The notes under the pieces: model-generated
Told to the model about the DNA's origin: nothing
What the model saw: the letters and a program-made list of their open reading frames with translations, nothing else
Database searches by the model: none
Assembly (NCBI GenBank): GCA_963727775.1
Contig: CAVSHB010000003.1
Location: 416,001 to 480,000, forward strand
Direction: 5' to 3'
DNA: 64,000 nucleotides
Origin: an uncultured Nitrospiraceae bacterium
GTDB lineage: Bacteria > Nitrospirota > Thermodesulfovibrionia > Thermodesulfovibrionales > SM23-35
Shown here: positions 42,536 through 52,277 of the stretch, in pieces
Position numbering within the stretch: the first letter of the stretch is position 1
How the letters are laid out: each line of letters starts with the position of its first letter
Translations under genes and position numbers: made by a program

Positions 42536-43087
42536 ATGGGTACTATGGAGGGCTTGAAAAGAAAAGCTGTCTTATTATCACTTATTGAAAAGATGGATAA
42601 AAATAATAGTTGGTGTGGTGAAACCCATGTTCAGAAATGTTCTTATTTCTTACAGGAAGGTCTTGGCATACCAATGGGTTATGATTTCATTCTTTACAAG
42701 CACGGACCTTTCTCTTTTGATCTTAGAGACGAACTCTCAGAAATGCGATCAAATAGTTTTCTTATTCTTCAACCACAGTATCCCTATGGATCATCTTTTT
42801 CATTCGGTTCACTGGCGGATGATTTAAAGAAACAGTTCCCAAAAACGATCGCAAAATATGAACCAGCTCTAACTTATGTTGCAGAGAACATATCAAGAAA
42901 CAAGGTTTATGAATTGGAAAAGATTGCTACAGCTCTGTACGTTGTAAAAGAGGAGCGAATTGACAAAAAAAGAGCATGTGCAAAACGCATGAACGAGATT
43001 AAGCCACACATTTCCGTAGAAGATGCCAAGGTCGCGTGCGAGCGGGTTGATGCATTACTGAGAAACTGGGAGATGTCTAGATCCTAA
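42536..43087 (+). CDS. YwgA/Panacea-like small protein
   Basis: THVQKCSYFLQ...YDFILYKHGPFSFDL motif; starts 3 nt after the HD stop. Confidence 0.6.
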   Translation: MGTMEGLKRKAVLLSLIEKMDKNNSWCGETHVQKCSYFLQEGLGIPMGYDFILYKHGPFSFDLRDELSEMRSNSFLILQPQYPYGSSFSFGSLADDLKKQFPKTIAKYEPALTYVAENISRNKVYELEKIATALYVVKEERIDKKRACAKRMNEIKPHISVEDAKVACERVDALLRNWEMSRS

Positions 43088-43265
43088 CCTTCTCAGAACT
43101 GACGTCCTCACAGAAGTCCTCGCGAAAGATGAGACTGAGAATATTGAGGGATACAAACAGAAATTCTTGCTCAGATGTGATTAGAATAGGTTGGACAAGT
43201 TGATTGATTCATCAACGTCCCTAGCCCAGCGTTATGTAAAGTCTGCGAATTGCCAGAAAACATTC

Positions 43266-45110
43266 TTAATCTGCTTCCTCAGAAATGTAATGGTCTAAAT
43301 AATTAGCAATAGTCATTTTTTGCCCTCTAATATCAATGCCAACCCGATTTATATAACCGTTCCAATCCCTTCCAAGATCATCTTCTATATACGTACGTTC
43401 TAGCTCCTCCTCATATTTCAGAAAAGCAACAAATTTCTGTGCACTTTTTTCACGGTTCTTCTGAGCATCAGCACCCTCCAATGACGGTCTGATTGGGATA
43501 TACTTTTCCTGAAGAGGCACAATAAATTCCTCTGGCATAGGCGTATCTTCGCAGACAAATCGAAGGTAACGTTTTGGTAATATACGAAAGTACATTTTTC
43601 CGCTCGATGATATGGAGAGAAGGCTATCAACAGTTAGATGTCCCGTATGGCGACCATGTTCGCTTTGCACAAGCCCATACTCAATGCATTTATTTATAGC
43701 TTTGTCTATAAGTTCCTTCTCATAACCATACTCTCCTAAAATATTGCAAATCTCAGAATAGGATACATTTTCAGAATTATTGACAAAACCAAGAAGTCTT
43801 AGTATCGAGAGCGTATTCCGAAAATTATTTGGTGCCAGTGACCCAGTTAAGTTAAATACATTGATGATATGACTTCCTGAAACATCATAGAAGGGGTAAT
43901 GTACGCACATTAAACACTCTAACGCTAAATTGGATGAAATTCGTTCGAATACCCCGGAAATCTTTACACTACCATCTGTTGGAGTGAAGATCGCCCTGAA
44001 TAGAGATGTCAAAGGTAATTTGCAACTATGGATAAAATTGTATAAGTTGCCCACTAAGAATTTCAAATTTCCACCAGCCAAGTCAACTATTAAATCTCTA
44101 AAATCGTGCTCTTTTTCAGAAGTAATATAAATTGAAAGCGCTTTTAAGAAGTCACAGGCTCCGTCCTTGGTTATCGTAATTCTTTTTGACATATCAGATG
44201 GTGGTGGTGGCCGATAGCCACGAGGAACGTAATCTACCTCCTGGCTATATTCTTTTGCAATTTTTGGAATTTCGTCGCGAGCATGATCAAGTTTCGAGCA
44301 CATAACACTCGCAGCTGATAGCGGTCTAAGTGCCTTGTGAGCAAAATGATCCTGATCCATAAATCTCTTGACAGTGTATTCTCTTACAGTAAGAAGCACT
44401 GTAAAAGGCATATTCGCAAATCCCCGCGCATGTTGTGCTATCCTAATCCCAAACCGAATCGCTTCTCTAATTGTTGTATCCGATAGTTCATCTATATTAT
44501 CTATTATGATCACTATACACTTGAAGCGTTTAAGATTTATTAAAGCCTCAATCAGATGTTCAGCACTCAGATCTCTTGCCATTCGATAGGCTTCTTCACT
44601 ACTTGCGGGAGGAAATCCCAAGGCAGAGAATAGTGTCTTGTAAAAGGCACCCTTGTCCTCATAAAGTTTAAATCTCTGAACAGCCTCAAAGGTGGCATCT
44701 TTCAGCAAATCGGTCAGAACGGTTTGATCACCACCTACTTCTTCGCGAGGCCAGATGTCTGCTCGAATAATGAGTACGTCTCCCGAAAATGAAGCAGGAT
44801 GCTTTTCGGCGAGGTATCTACAAAGTGTTGTCTTCCCTGATCCGACACAGCCATGTAATACATATACCTTGCCAATAGAGTTACTATGTTCAGCCGTCAA
44901 AATTCCTAGTAGCTCGTCTTCATAGGTAGTGCCGCTCGATTGGTCGCGAGTGATATAATAGTCAAGATCGGCAGCAACACCTCGATCAAACGCACTGTCA
45001 AAAGCTGAAATATATGAATGAAATAAGGGGTTATAGATTAAATAATCATCTATGTTCTTCTTAACACCGTCCAGTACACGAATTCTTTGAAAACCGGTGT
45101 CCGCATTCAT
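43266..45110 (-). CDS. P-loop NTPase with helical/winged-helix-like C-terminus
   Basis: Walker A HGCVGSGKTT, Walker B IIIIDNIDE, LAGGNLK. Confidence 0.75.
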   Translation of the reverse strand: MNADTGFQRIRVLDGVKKNIDDYLIYNPLFHSYISAFDSAFDRGVAADLDYYITRDQSSGTTYEDELLGILTAEHSNSIGKVYVLHGCVGSGKTTLCRYLAEKHPASFSGDVLIIRADIWPREEVGGDQTVLTDLLKDATFEAVQRFKLYEDKGAFYKTLFSALGFPPASSEEAYRMARDLSAEHLIEALINLKRFKCIVIIIDNIDELSDTTIREAIRFGIRIAQHARGFANMPFTVLLTVREYTVKRFMDQDHFAHKALRPLSAASVMCSKLDHARDEIPKIAKEYSQEVDYVPRGYRPPPPSDMSKRITITKDGACDFLKALSIYITSEKEHDFRDLIVDLAGGNLKFLVGNLYNFIHSCKLPLTSLFRAIFTPTDGSVKISGVFERISSNLALECLMCVHYPFYDVSGSHIINVFNLTGSLAPNNFRNTLSILRLLGFVNNSENVSYSEICNILGEYGYEKELIDKAINKCIEYGLVQSEHGRHTGHLTVDSLLSISSSGKMYFRILPKRYLRFVCEDTPMPEEFIVPLQEKYIPIRPSLEGADAQKNREKSAQKFVAFLKYEEELERTYIEDDLGRDWNGYINRVGIDIRGQKMTIANYLDHYISEEAD

Positions 45111-45673
45111 TTTATCAACCTCCTTTTATAGTATTTAATGCTTGCAAATCGGATATATAAAGGATTGCGCACACGAATCCTCCTTTCTTTCATTTTAGAA
45201 CGAGCAGAATCCCGATACCGGAGGTTTAACATAAGAAAGCGCGGAGTCACATAGGGAAGTTGCTCTTCTACGCTAGGAGGAGACATTTCCGTACCGAGTT
45301 CAACAACCGTGGTCGCCTTAGCTAGCGACTCAATTGCCTCTGGAGGCGGCTGGATTATCCTCGATGGTGAAAAAAGAGCCTCGATAGTAATGTCATGTAG
45401 CGGCTGCGCGCATAAATTTACAATAGTAATGCGGACTCGGCTTCTCCACTCGCTACCTGTAGCAACAGCGTACACGTCGATTACCTGTCTTGGTCTTAAT
45501 AGAATGATTGAGATAATTGCTACAATTACTGACAGCGCAGATGGTACGCTAGTTGTCAAATTTTTTAGTAAATCCGTATTTGAGACCCCAAATTTAGAGG
45601 CAATAAAGAAGGCTGCAGAGTATAAAAAGACTACAACCAAACTTAATAATAAACCTGTCCATGCTCTGCTCAC
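45107..45673 (-). CDS. Two-TM membrane protein
   Basis: Two N-terminal hydrophobic helices; ATGA overlap with the NTPase gene. Confidence 0.65.
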   Translation of the reverse strand: MSRAWTGLLLSLVVVFLYSAAFFIASKFGVSNTDLLKNLTTSVPSALSVIVAIISIILLRPRQVIDVYAVATGSEWRSRVRITIVNLCAQPLHDITIEALFSPSRIIQPPPEAIESLAKATTVVELGTEMSPPSVEEQLPYVTPRFLMLNLRYRDSARSKMKERRIRVRNPLYIRFASIKYYKRRLIK

Positions 45674-46232
45674 TCTATTAGTCGCCCTAAAATATGAGAA
45701 GGTGCAGTAAAATAGCGGATTCTAAGGCATTTGCGAATAGAATTAACCTGAACCTTTGGAGTTACATGCCTTTTAACCATTTCCCCCCTTCTTAAATGGC
45801 TCTGATCATAGCGGCTAATAAGCATTATGACAGCTAAACGATATGTCATTGATGGACAAAATGTCAATGATATTACAAATGTTGCGCTTCGAGAACACAA
45901 CAACCGTTATGCCATCCAACGCCCTCTTCTTTTAGCACTGTTGTTTTCGCCGTTTTTGCACTAATAAGGACTGAAAGCGAAGTTCTTATAACATAGGAAA
46001 TTTGTCTGGCGATTTTCGATAGAATTCGATGGTCTTTGCCCCCATTGCTTCGGCGTGATTTACAGAGAGTTAGCGAGAAGCAGGGACGCTCTTGTTCGGC
46101 GGTTATTTCCGGAAACAAACGGTTCCGCTGAAATAGCAGGGGTGTTTGTTATCAGCGCCCCCAACCCGGCTGAACCGGGACTGCGGTATAAAGAAACATG
46201 CGGCGTGCTGCGCTTTTGTGGCAAGCTATAAT

Positions 46233-46385
46233 ACCGCGCCGGCAAGACCGAGTTCACCAATGGTGCTCACTTGCCCGTTTATCAGCGTGGTCCTGGGTCA
46301 CGTCTGCGACATTGGTGAGTGCGACTATGGCCGCACATCCCGTTTGAGAGAATGATCAGAGATGACGTACCCATACCGGCGCGAT
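46233..46385 (+). ncRNA. Candidate IS110 bridge RNA
   Basis: TATAAT at 46227-46232; closing stem CGCGCCGG/CCGGCGCG; internal stem TCACCAATG/CATTGGTGA; contains TTGAGAG matching the element right end. Confidence 0.55.
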
Positions 46386-46412
46386 AATCTGATGAGATGA
46401 TTGGAGGAAGTT

Positions 46413-47750
46413 ATGAAGAAGAGCAAGGGTGGTCTGAGCTTGACGCATCCCAATGCTGCCGGTATCGATGTAGGCTCAGAAAGTCATTTTGTTGCGGTAC
46501 CGCCTGATCGGGACGATGAACCTGTGCGTGAGTTCAGGAGTTTCACTGAAGATTTGCACCGCATAGCGCAATGGTTGTCCTCTTGTGGGGTAGACACGGT
46601 GGCAATGGAATCAACAGGGGTTTACTGGATACCGTTGTATGAGCTTTTGGAGTCAAAGGGCTTTACTGTATATCTGGTAAATGCCCGACATGTCAAGAAT
46701 GTTTCTGGCCGTAAATCCGACGTACTGGATTGTCAATGGCTACAGCAGCTGATGAGTTATGGGTTGTTGTCGGGTGCATTTAGGCCAGCGGATGAAATAT
46801 GCGCGTTGAGAGCGGTATCGAGGCAAAGAGAGATGCTTCTGAAGTATCAATCTCAACACGTGCAGCACATGCAGAAAGCGCTTACACAGATGAACATTCA
46901 GCTTGCCAATGTTATTTCTGATGTTGTAGGCGATACTGGGCAGAGGATAGTGCGGTCAATAATCGCTGGAGAGCGGGACCCTCAGAAGCTTGCAAGTATG
47001 AGAGACGGCAGGATCAAAGCAAGCGAGGAAGAGATAGCGAAATCACTTCATGGTAACTGGCGGCAAGAGCATCTGTTTGCACTTAAACAGGCCGTGGCAT
47101 TGTTTGATGCTTATGCAGAACAGCTTCGTCAATGTGATCATCAACTTGAGCAGATGCTTCGGAAACTGAAGCGGCATGAAGTGAAAGCTGCAGATAAAAA
47201 ACGACGGTCTAGCAATAAGAATGCTCCGCAGTTTGATTTGCGGTCTTATTTGGTAGGGATGTGCGGGGTGGATTTGACCCGCATCGACGGAATAGAAGTA
47301 ACCACTGCATTAAAGGTAATTTCTGAGGTAGGGACGGATTTGTCCAGATTCCCTTCCGTAAAGCATTTTACCTCGTGGTTAGGGTTATGTCCTGGCACCA
47401 AAATATCTGGTGGAAAGAAATTATCGGGAAAATCCCGGTCTGGGGCTAACCGTGCGGCGCAGGCATTACGATTAGCCGCTCAGGCATTACGGGCAAGCAA
47501 GTCGGCACTGGGAGCCTACTACCGTCGTCTATGTGGCCGTCTGGATAAGGCAAAAGCTATCACTGCAGTAGCTCACAAATTGGCGCGACTGATTTACGCA
47601 ATGCTCACGAAGGGAACAGAATATGTAGACAAGGGACAGGAGTACTACGAAGAACGATATCGGCAGCGTGTAGTCTATAACTTGAACAAAAAAGCTGCCG
47701 CCATGGGTTTCGTTCTCAGGCCAGCGGGAGAAAGGACTATTGAAATATAA
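46413..47750 (+). CDS. IS110 family transposase/recombinase
   Basis: DEDD residues (GIDVG, AMESTG, KSDVLD), C-terminal KISGGK serine motif, AVAHKLAR; ATG after GGAGG. Confidence 0.95.
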   Translation: MKKSKGGLSLTHPNAAGIDVGSESHFVAVPPDRDDEPVREFRSFTEDLHRIAQWLSSCGVDTVAMESTGVYWIPLYELLESKGFTVYLVNARHVKNVSGRKSDVLDCQWLQQLMSYGLLSGAFRPADEICALRAVSRQREMLLKYQSQHVQHMQKALTQMNIQLANVISDVVGDTGQRIVRSIIAGERDPQKLASMRDGRIKASEEEIAKSLHGNWRQEHLFALKQAVALFDAYAEQLRQCDHQLEQMLRKLKRHEVKAADKKRRSSNKNAPQFDLRSYLVGMCGVDLTRIDGIEVTTALKVISEVGTDLSRFPSVKHFTSWLGLCPGTKISGGKKLSGKSRSGANRAAQALRLAAQALRASKSALGAYYRRLCGRLDKAKAITAVAHKLARLIYAMLTKGTEYVDKGQEYYEERYRQRVVYNLNKKAAAMGFVLRPAGERTIEI

Positions 47751-47818
47751 TTGACATCTGCGGCCCCAAGAGTTTGTTTCTTGAGAGGTGTTAGAAACGT
47801 TTTTTTGGTCAGGTATAT

Positions 47819-48283
47819 TCATGAAAGCTCCTGCACCCCGGTTTTATGTTCTTCTAACTCGTAGATCCCGTCCCTTTTTGCTTTGACGATTGAATCCGCG
47901 ATCTCTTGTCTTTTTTCAAGACGTTCCACAACGGACTTGCCAACTAGCTTAATAAGTGCCTCTCTCTTTTTCGAGGAAATAGGCAGTGATTCGATCTTAA
48001 TAAAAGCACACAGCTGTAGTGGTGTGAGCTTTTCAAATTCCTTTATTTGGGATTTTATCATATGCCTGGGGGCATTAAAGAGAAACTTTCTTGCAAACAT
48101 TATAGCCATATAAACACTATACTCAGGCTGGTTCAATACCAGATCCTTATATATATCATAAGGCACGACAATAACAGACAGCCTGTCCCCACTTGTAATT
48201 ACAACTGGCTCATCAGTTGTTGAAACCTGGTGCACAATTCCTTTGATGCGATCTCTTGCTTTTGATATATTGAGTTGAATCAT
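47819..48283 (-). CDS. Phd/YefM-like protein with C-terminal extension
   Basis: LNISKARDRIKGIVHQV...EPVVIT...VIVVPYDIY. Confidence 0.55.
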   Translation of the reverse strand: MIQLNISKARDRIKGIVHQVSTTDEPVVITSGDRLSVIVVPYDIYKDLVLNQPEYSVYMAIMFARKFLFNAPRHMIKSQIKEFEKLTPLQLCAFIKIESLPISSKKREALIKLVGKSVVERLEKRQEIADSIVKAKRDGIYELEEHKTGVQELS

Positions 48284-48477
48284 ATAAATAATGTTCTCTA
48301 ACAAATAACCATAAAAGCCCGCTGCCAGTTATCATCATGGGAGAATGGTGTGCCATTTCCCCCGGTGCCGTTGAAACCGAATTACAGCAGGACAACTGGA
48401 AAACCGATCAGGGAATTAATTACTACAGAAGTTTTCCAAGGTTTTTCTTTATCTATCAAATCTTCTCCTCTAAGTCT

Positions 48478-49242
48478 TTATTCATCTCTATGAATATTGC
48501 AGCCGAGGCCTGAGTATCTCGGATCGAATACCTCTTTGGGACCTATATCGGGAAGCCCATACTCTGGCTTATTCTCTCCTGTGGTAGGGGACTTAAGAAA
48601 GAAATAGTAGCCGCCCCACCAAAATGTACTGCCAAGCGATATAACTAATAGTGGGTCAAAGATACTGTGCCGAGGAGGAATATGAGCAAGATAAAGTAGC
48701 ATAATAACAAGAGCACTAATCCCTGACGTAATTGCTATTACGCCCGCTCTCTTTATTCGCCTCTTAAGGTTATTTGCTTTATTAACCATTTCCATATCAG
48801 TATCCTCTCTTAACACAGAGCCGCAATCAGGATTCTCCGGCTTAATTCCGTACACCCTCGCCACTGTCCTCATGTTGATATCAGTTGTAACCAATTCTAC
48901 GTCGCCACCCGTTTCCTTCTTTAATGCCAGGGCAGCGCCTACTATCCTGTTGTCGCCCTTGCTGTTAAGATCATCTATCTCTACATAGTTGGTGTAGACC
49001 CTGAGCACACCACCGGTAGAAAGCCGGACTCCGACTGAGAGATCTCCGTAACTGCCGAGTCTGTCGAGAGTCCTCGCCACTTTTCTCGCCGCTTTGGCGG
49101 CATCCTCTTGATCGTTGTTCTTAAGGCCGTCTATTTCCTTAATGACGGCTGTAGGAATAACAAATATACCTTCGCCCCGATACATGTAGTCGGGGTTTTC
49201 GATTAGAACCGTTGTGTCAAGAACATATATTTTAGTTGCCAT
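48478..49242 (-). CDS. PhoH2-type PIN domain protein with C-terminal TM helices
   Basis: YVLDTTVLIENP, VIKEIDGLK, GDNRI, LVTTDINMR, then two hydrophobic segments. Confidence 0.8.
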   Translation of the reverse strand: MATKIYVLDTTVLIENPDYMYRGEGIFVIPTAVIKEIDGLKNNDQEDAAKAARKVARTLDRLGSYGDLSVGVRLSTGGVLRVYTNYVEIDDLNSKGDNRIVGAALALKKETGGDVELVTTDINMRTVARVYGIKPENPDCGSVLREDTDMEMVNKANNLKRRIKRAGVIAITSGISALVIMLLYLAHIPPRHSIFDPLLVISLGSTFWWGGYYFFLKSPTTGENKPEYGLPDIGPKEVFDPRYSGLGCNIHRDE

Positions 49243-49616
49243 TTTATCACTCTTCTCCTTTCTTTCATTATATGTAAGTAAAAAGAGGCGGGCAGTTTGT
49301 CAAGTCGCAACGGAGCTTTTTTATAATTTTCTTGCCGTACTTCGGCAATTGTGCGCATTATCGAATCGTCAATGTCTGCTCTTGCGCTCAGTTTCTATAT
49401 TGCCACTGCGACAATGCCTATATGGGATCGTTCTTTGGCACGCTCAAAACAGGGTGGGTCTATGAGAGGTGCCACCGGACGAGGCTTTAATAGTTTTCTA
49501 TTTTGTATATTACTTTTTGCTGAAATGTCTCCGTCCATTGATCGTGCCTCACGTTTGTCTAAGCCGCTGCACCATGCATGGCAATTCACTTAAACACCTG
49601 TCATCGACATCGTTTG

Positions 49617-50417
49617 TTATCCCTTGCTGTATTTAAGCCCTCCGGTAGGTTGGCCATCCGACCATACCCACTTGGTTTTGAACAAACCATTTTCGATGAA
49701 ATCGTCGACATGCCCAAAATGAGCGTTATCTCCCACATATATACGAGTGTCCGCGAGATCTCTGATGAGCTCGCGGTTTCTGTATAGCACCAGATTGTTA
49801 CGTGTCTCATGTAGCTTTTTGGCAAACTCTTCTATCCTGTCGCGGCTGCGCTGTACTTCTATGCGGAACGAGTACTGATCCCCGGTTCTGACTCTAAGAC
49901 TTAGTCTGAGATCGGGATACAAATCTCCTTTTCTTGCTTTTTCGGCGGCACGTCGCAGAGCGAATTCGTCGTCGAATCCGTAATGGTACGAATATATCGG
50001 ACCATCCCGTTTGATGGTCCGTACTACTTTAGTAAGATCCATGTCATGCCCGAAGGCAAATCTGCCGGGTAGATAAGGGCTTCGGATGTGGTTGCGTCGG
50101 TAAGCTGATGACCTGGTAAGCACTTCTATCGAATCTTCTGTGTTTGCATAAAGAGTAAAATTCTTACGCGTCTTTCTGTCGAAGTATCGGGCCGATTGGA
50201 TGAGTTTGTTCTTTCTCAGTTGAGACAACGATTTGAACAGCGACTCATCATTCAGCCTTGACGTGGGCTTTTCATCCGGATTATCAGTTTTCGTACGGTC
50301 TCCGAATTCGACAGTTAGAAAGTCTTTAATTTCGAGGTATGTGGCACATCCGCTTGCCAATAAATCGAATATGGCCAGTTCCATCTCACGGGGACTGATA
50401 TCATTTTTTGAACTCAA
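49617..50417 (-). CDS. Replication-relaxation (Replic_Relax-like) protein
   Basis: wHTH-like N-terminus, GHDMDL, YPDL and RIEVQR (H...PD...EVxR) motifs. Confidence 0.6.
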   Translation of the reverse strand: MSSKNDISPREMELAIFDLLASGCATYLEIKDFLTVEFGDRTKTDNPDEKPTSRLNDESLFKSLSQLRKNKLIQSARYFDRKTRKNFTLYANTEDSIEVLTRSSAYRRNHIRSPYLPGRFAFGHDMDLTKVVRTIKRDGPIYSYHYGFDDEFALRRAAEKARKGDLYPDLRLSLRVRTGDQYSFRIEVQRSRDRIEEFAKKLHETRNNLVLYRNRELIRDLADTRIYVGDNAHFGHVDDFIENGLFKTKWVWSDGQPTGGLKYSKG

Positions 50418-50689
50418 AAGAAACTTACCTTTAGCAATGTGGTAACCGGAGCATTGACCGTTAAACCATGCTGAGTTGCCGGCACTTTTCCGGTCGTATC
50501 AATAAAAATCAAAGTTATGGTAGAAATAGAGGGTAATCGGAACGCCAGTATTTGCCATAACATCTTATTTTTTAAAGATATATCCGCAAATCCCCAATTT
50601 TTCATCTGAACATTACCTGAACTCAAGCTGACATCAACCTGAAATCTTCCTGACTGATCCGAAGATGCCCATTTTTTACTGAGATCCAT
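50414..50689 (-). CDS. Hypothetical protein
   Basis: Tightly packed between co-oriented genes, RBS present. Confidence 0.4.
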   Translation of the reverse strand: MDLSKKWASSDQSGRFQVDVSLSSGNVQMKNWGFADISLKNKMLWQILAFRLPSISTITLIFIDTTGKVPATQHGLTVNAPVTTLLKVSFF

Positions 50690-50699
50690 AACCCTTCCA

Positions 50700-51083
50700 C
50701 TATTGCACGAGTTTCAGCTTAACCAACTCTGCTGACTCTGCGATTAATCTGCGCTGAAGCGACCAGCCATTCTTGATGGATGATGCACGTTTCTTGCCGA
50801 CGCCCTTTACCGTAAGAAGCTCATTTGGGGTGGTTTCTATGACTTGAGCTGTTTTGACACCAAAAACCTTCACTATCTTTCTTGCAGTCACCGGTCCAAC
50901 GTCGTAAAAAACAGATGAACTCAAGTAGCTCCTTAAGTCGGCAAGCGTTGCAGCTTCAGATGATCTGATTAACATCTTAGTCTTTGCAGTTTTGTCATCA
51001 TCAATCTTTATAACCTTCTCTGACCTTTTTACGCCAATATTCTGTGCACTGCTGTTTAGTGTTATAGCGCTTGTCGTTCCCAA
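50700..51083 (-). CDS. Helix-hairpin-helix protein resembling the RecD2 N-terminal HhH region
   Basis: YLSSSVFYDVGPVTARKIVKVFG...LLTVKGVGKKRASSIKNGW. Confidence 0.7.
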   Translation of the reverse strand: MGTTSAITLNSSAQNIGVKRSEKVIKIDDDKTAKTKMLIRSSEAATLADLRSYLSSSVFYDVGPVTARKIVKVFGVKTAQVIETTPNELLTVKGVGKKRASSIKNGWSLQRRLIAESAELVKLKLVQ

Positions 51084-51181
51084 CTTATCGCCTCCTTTGA
51101 TTTGTCATCTTCTCCGCAAATATCCGCTCAAATTGAATAGATAATTGCAAAATTTCTTACCAAAGAGATCTCTTTGTTCCA

Positions 51182-52057
51182 TCATCTTTCCCTCGTCAAT
51201 TGTTCTACAAACTCTCTCAATTGTTTACGAGGAATCCTCTCTTTCCAATCCTGTATGCTTTTCTTGCGACGGAATGCAGCCTTCATCAATATGGCCTTTT
51301 CTTCCTGAGCTTTTTCCTCAGGAGACTTATATCCAAGAGGTCTATTCATGCCTCGGAGAGTGAGGTTTATAAAATGCCCAGTGGGATTTTTCGGAGGTTC
51401 AGACTTATGTTCAAGCTGGTGAGCTGTCTGACGGGCGGTTGAAAGGACGTGTTCTATGCCTTTCTTCTCGATAAGATCTGCGATAACAGTGTCCGGGATT
51501 TCCAGATAGATGGGCGCTAGCGCCTCTTTTATTCTTGTGATTTGTCCTTCATCTACAACAACACCTCTTGTTGTTGTCTTAAATGAATCTCTTATCTGAT
51601 TCTCTTTGGCGGACGCGGGTGACCGCTCTTGATGGGACGGCTCTGTCCGCTCCGGAACGGACGTATGTGTCCGGTCCGGCTGATCTTTTCTTTTTTCACT
51701 TTTTCCAGACGGTTCTTTCTTTACTTCTTTTTCATCTTTCATTTCCATCCACAAGTGCCAGAGAAAACGATACCGATTTGGCTTGTTCAATCCAGCATGG
51801 ATAGTCTCAATCAATCCTTGTTCCTCAAGCTCGCTTATATATCTCCTGACTTGGCGCTCACCGGCTCCGATCTCTGCGGCGAGAGTAGGCTGGGAGGGAA
51901 AACACTCGCCGTCCTGGCCTGCATATTGCGCGAGACGTGCGTAGCAGAGTTTCGCACCCTGTGAGACCTCGCTTCGTTTTAACAGCCAGTTCGGAATGAA
52001 ACTTCCGACGAACAGTTTGTAGGGATTTATGTATTTCCTTATGCTATTAGCACTCAT
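51182..52057 (-). CDS. HTH replication-initiator-like protein
   Basis: AKLCYARLAQYAGQDGECFPSQPTLAAEIG..ERQVRRYISELEEQGLI...NRY; low-complexity linker; KNPTG C-terminal motif. Confidence 0.75.
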   Translation of the reverse strand: MSANSIRKYINPYKLFVGSFIPNWLLKRSEVSQGAKLCYARLAQYAGQDGECFPSQPTLAAEIGAGERQVRRYISELEEQGLIETIHAGLNKPNRYRFLWHLWMEMKDEKEVKKEPSGKSEKRKDQPDRTHTSVPERTEPSHQERSPASAKENQIRDSFKTTTRGVVVDEGQITRIKEALAPIYLEIPDTVIADLIEKKGIEHVLSTARQTAHQLEHKSEPPKNPTGHFINLTLRGMNRPLGYKSPEEKAQEEKAILMKAAFRRKKSIQDWKERIPRKQLREFVEQLTRER

Positions 52058-52228
52058 AACTTATCTAACTCCAGGAATAATCCCATCTGTCATTCTGTCT
52101 GCGATTTCTTCCCGAATTTACAGGAATGTAAATCAACATAGACAAATGTTATGGAATAATTTGTTAATTAAATCGAGGGGTTGTTAACTGCGGGAAAAAT
52201 ATGAGGAATCCGAATAAGTGCAAATTCG

Positions 52229-52277
52229 GACTCTTAATCAGCGGGTCGCAGGTTCGAATCCTGCACGGCTCACCATT
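52229..52277 (+). repeat. attR core, 49-bp direct repeat (3' fragment of tRNA-Lys)
   Basis: Identical to 11437-11485. Confidence 0.95.

Larger units (their letters stand above)
46184..47787 (+). mobile_element. IS110-family element (ends approximate)
   Basis: Transposase plus subterminal IR AAGAAACA (46191-46198) / TGTTTCTT (47775-47782). Confidence 0.7.

Noticed and set aside
46155..47797. IS110 flanks (CCCAACCCGGC...GTGTTAGA) as an interrupted integron attC site
   Set aside because: Only partial resemblance; R boxes deviate from RYYYAAC/GTTRRRY, the right arm lacks pairing sequence, and no integron integrase is present
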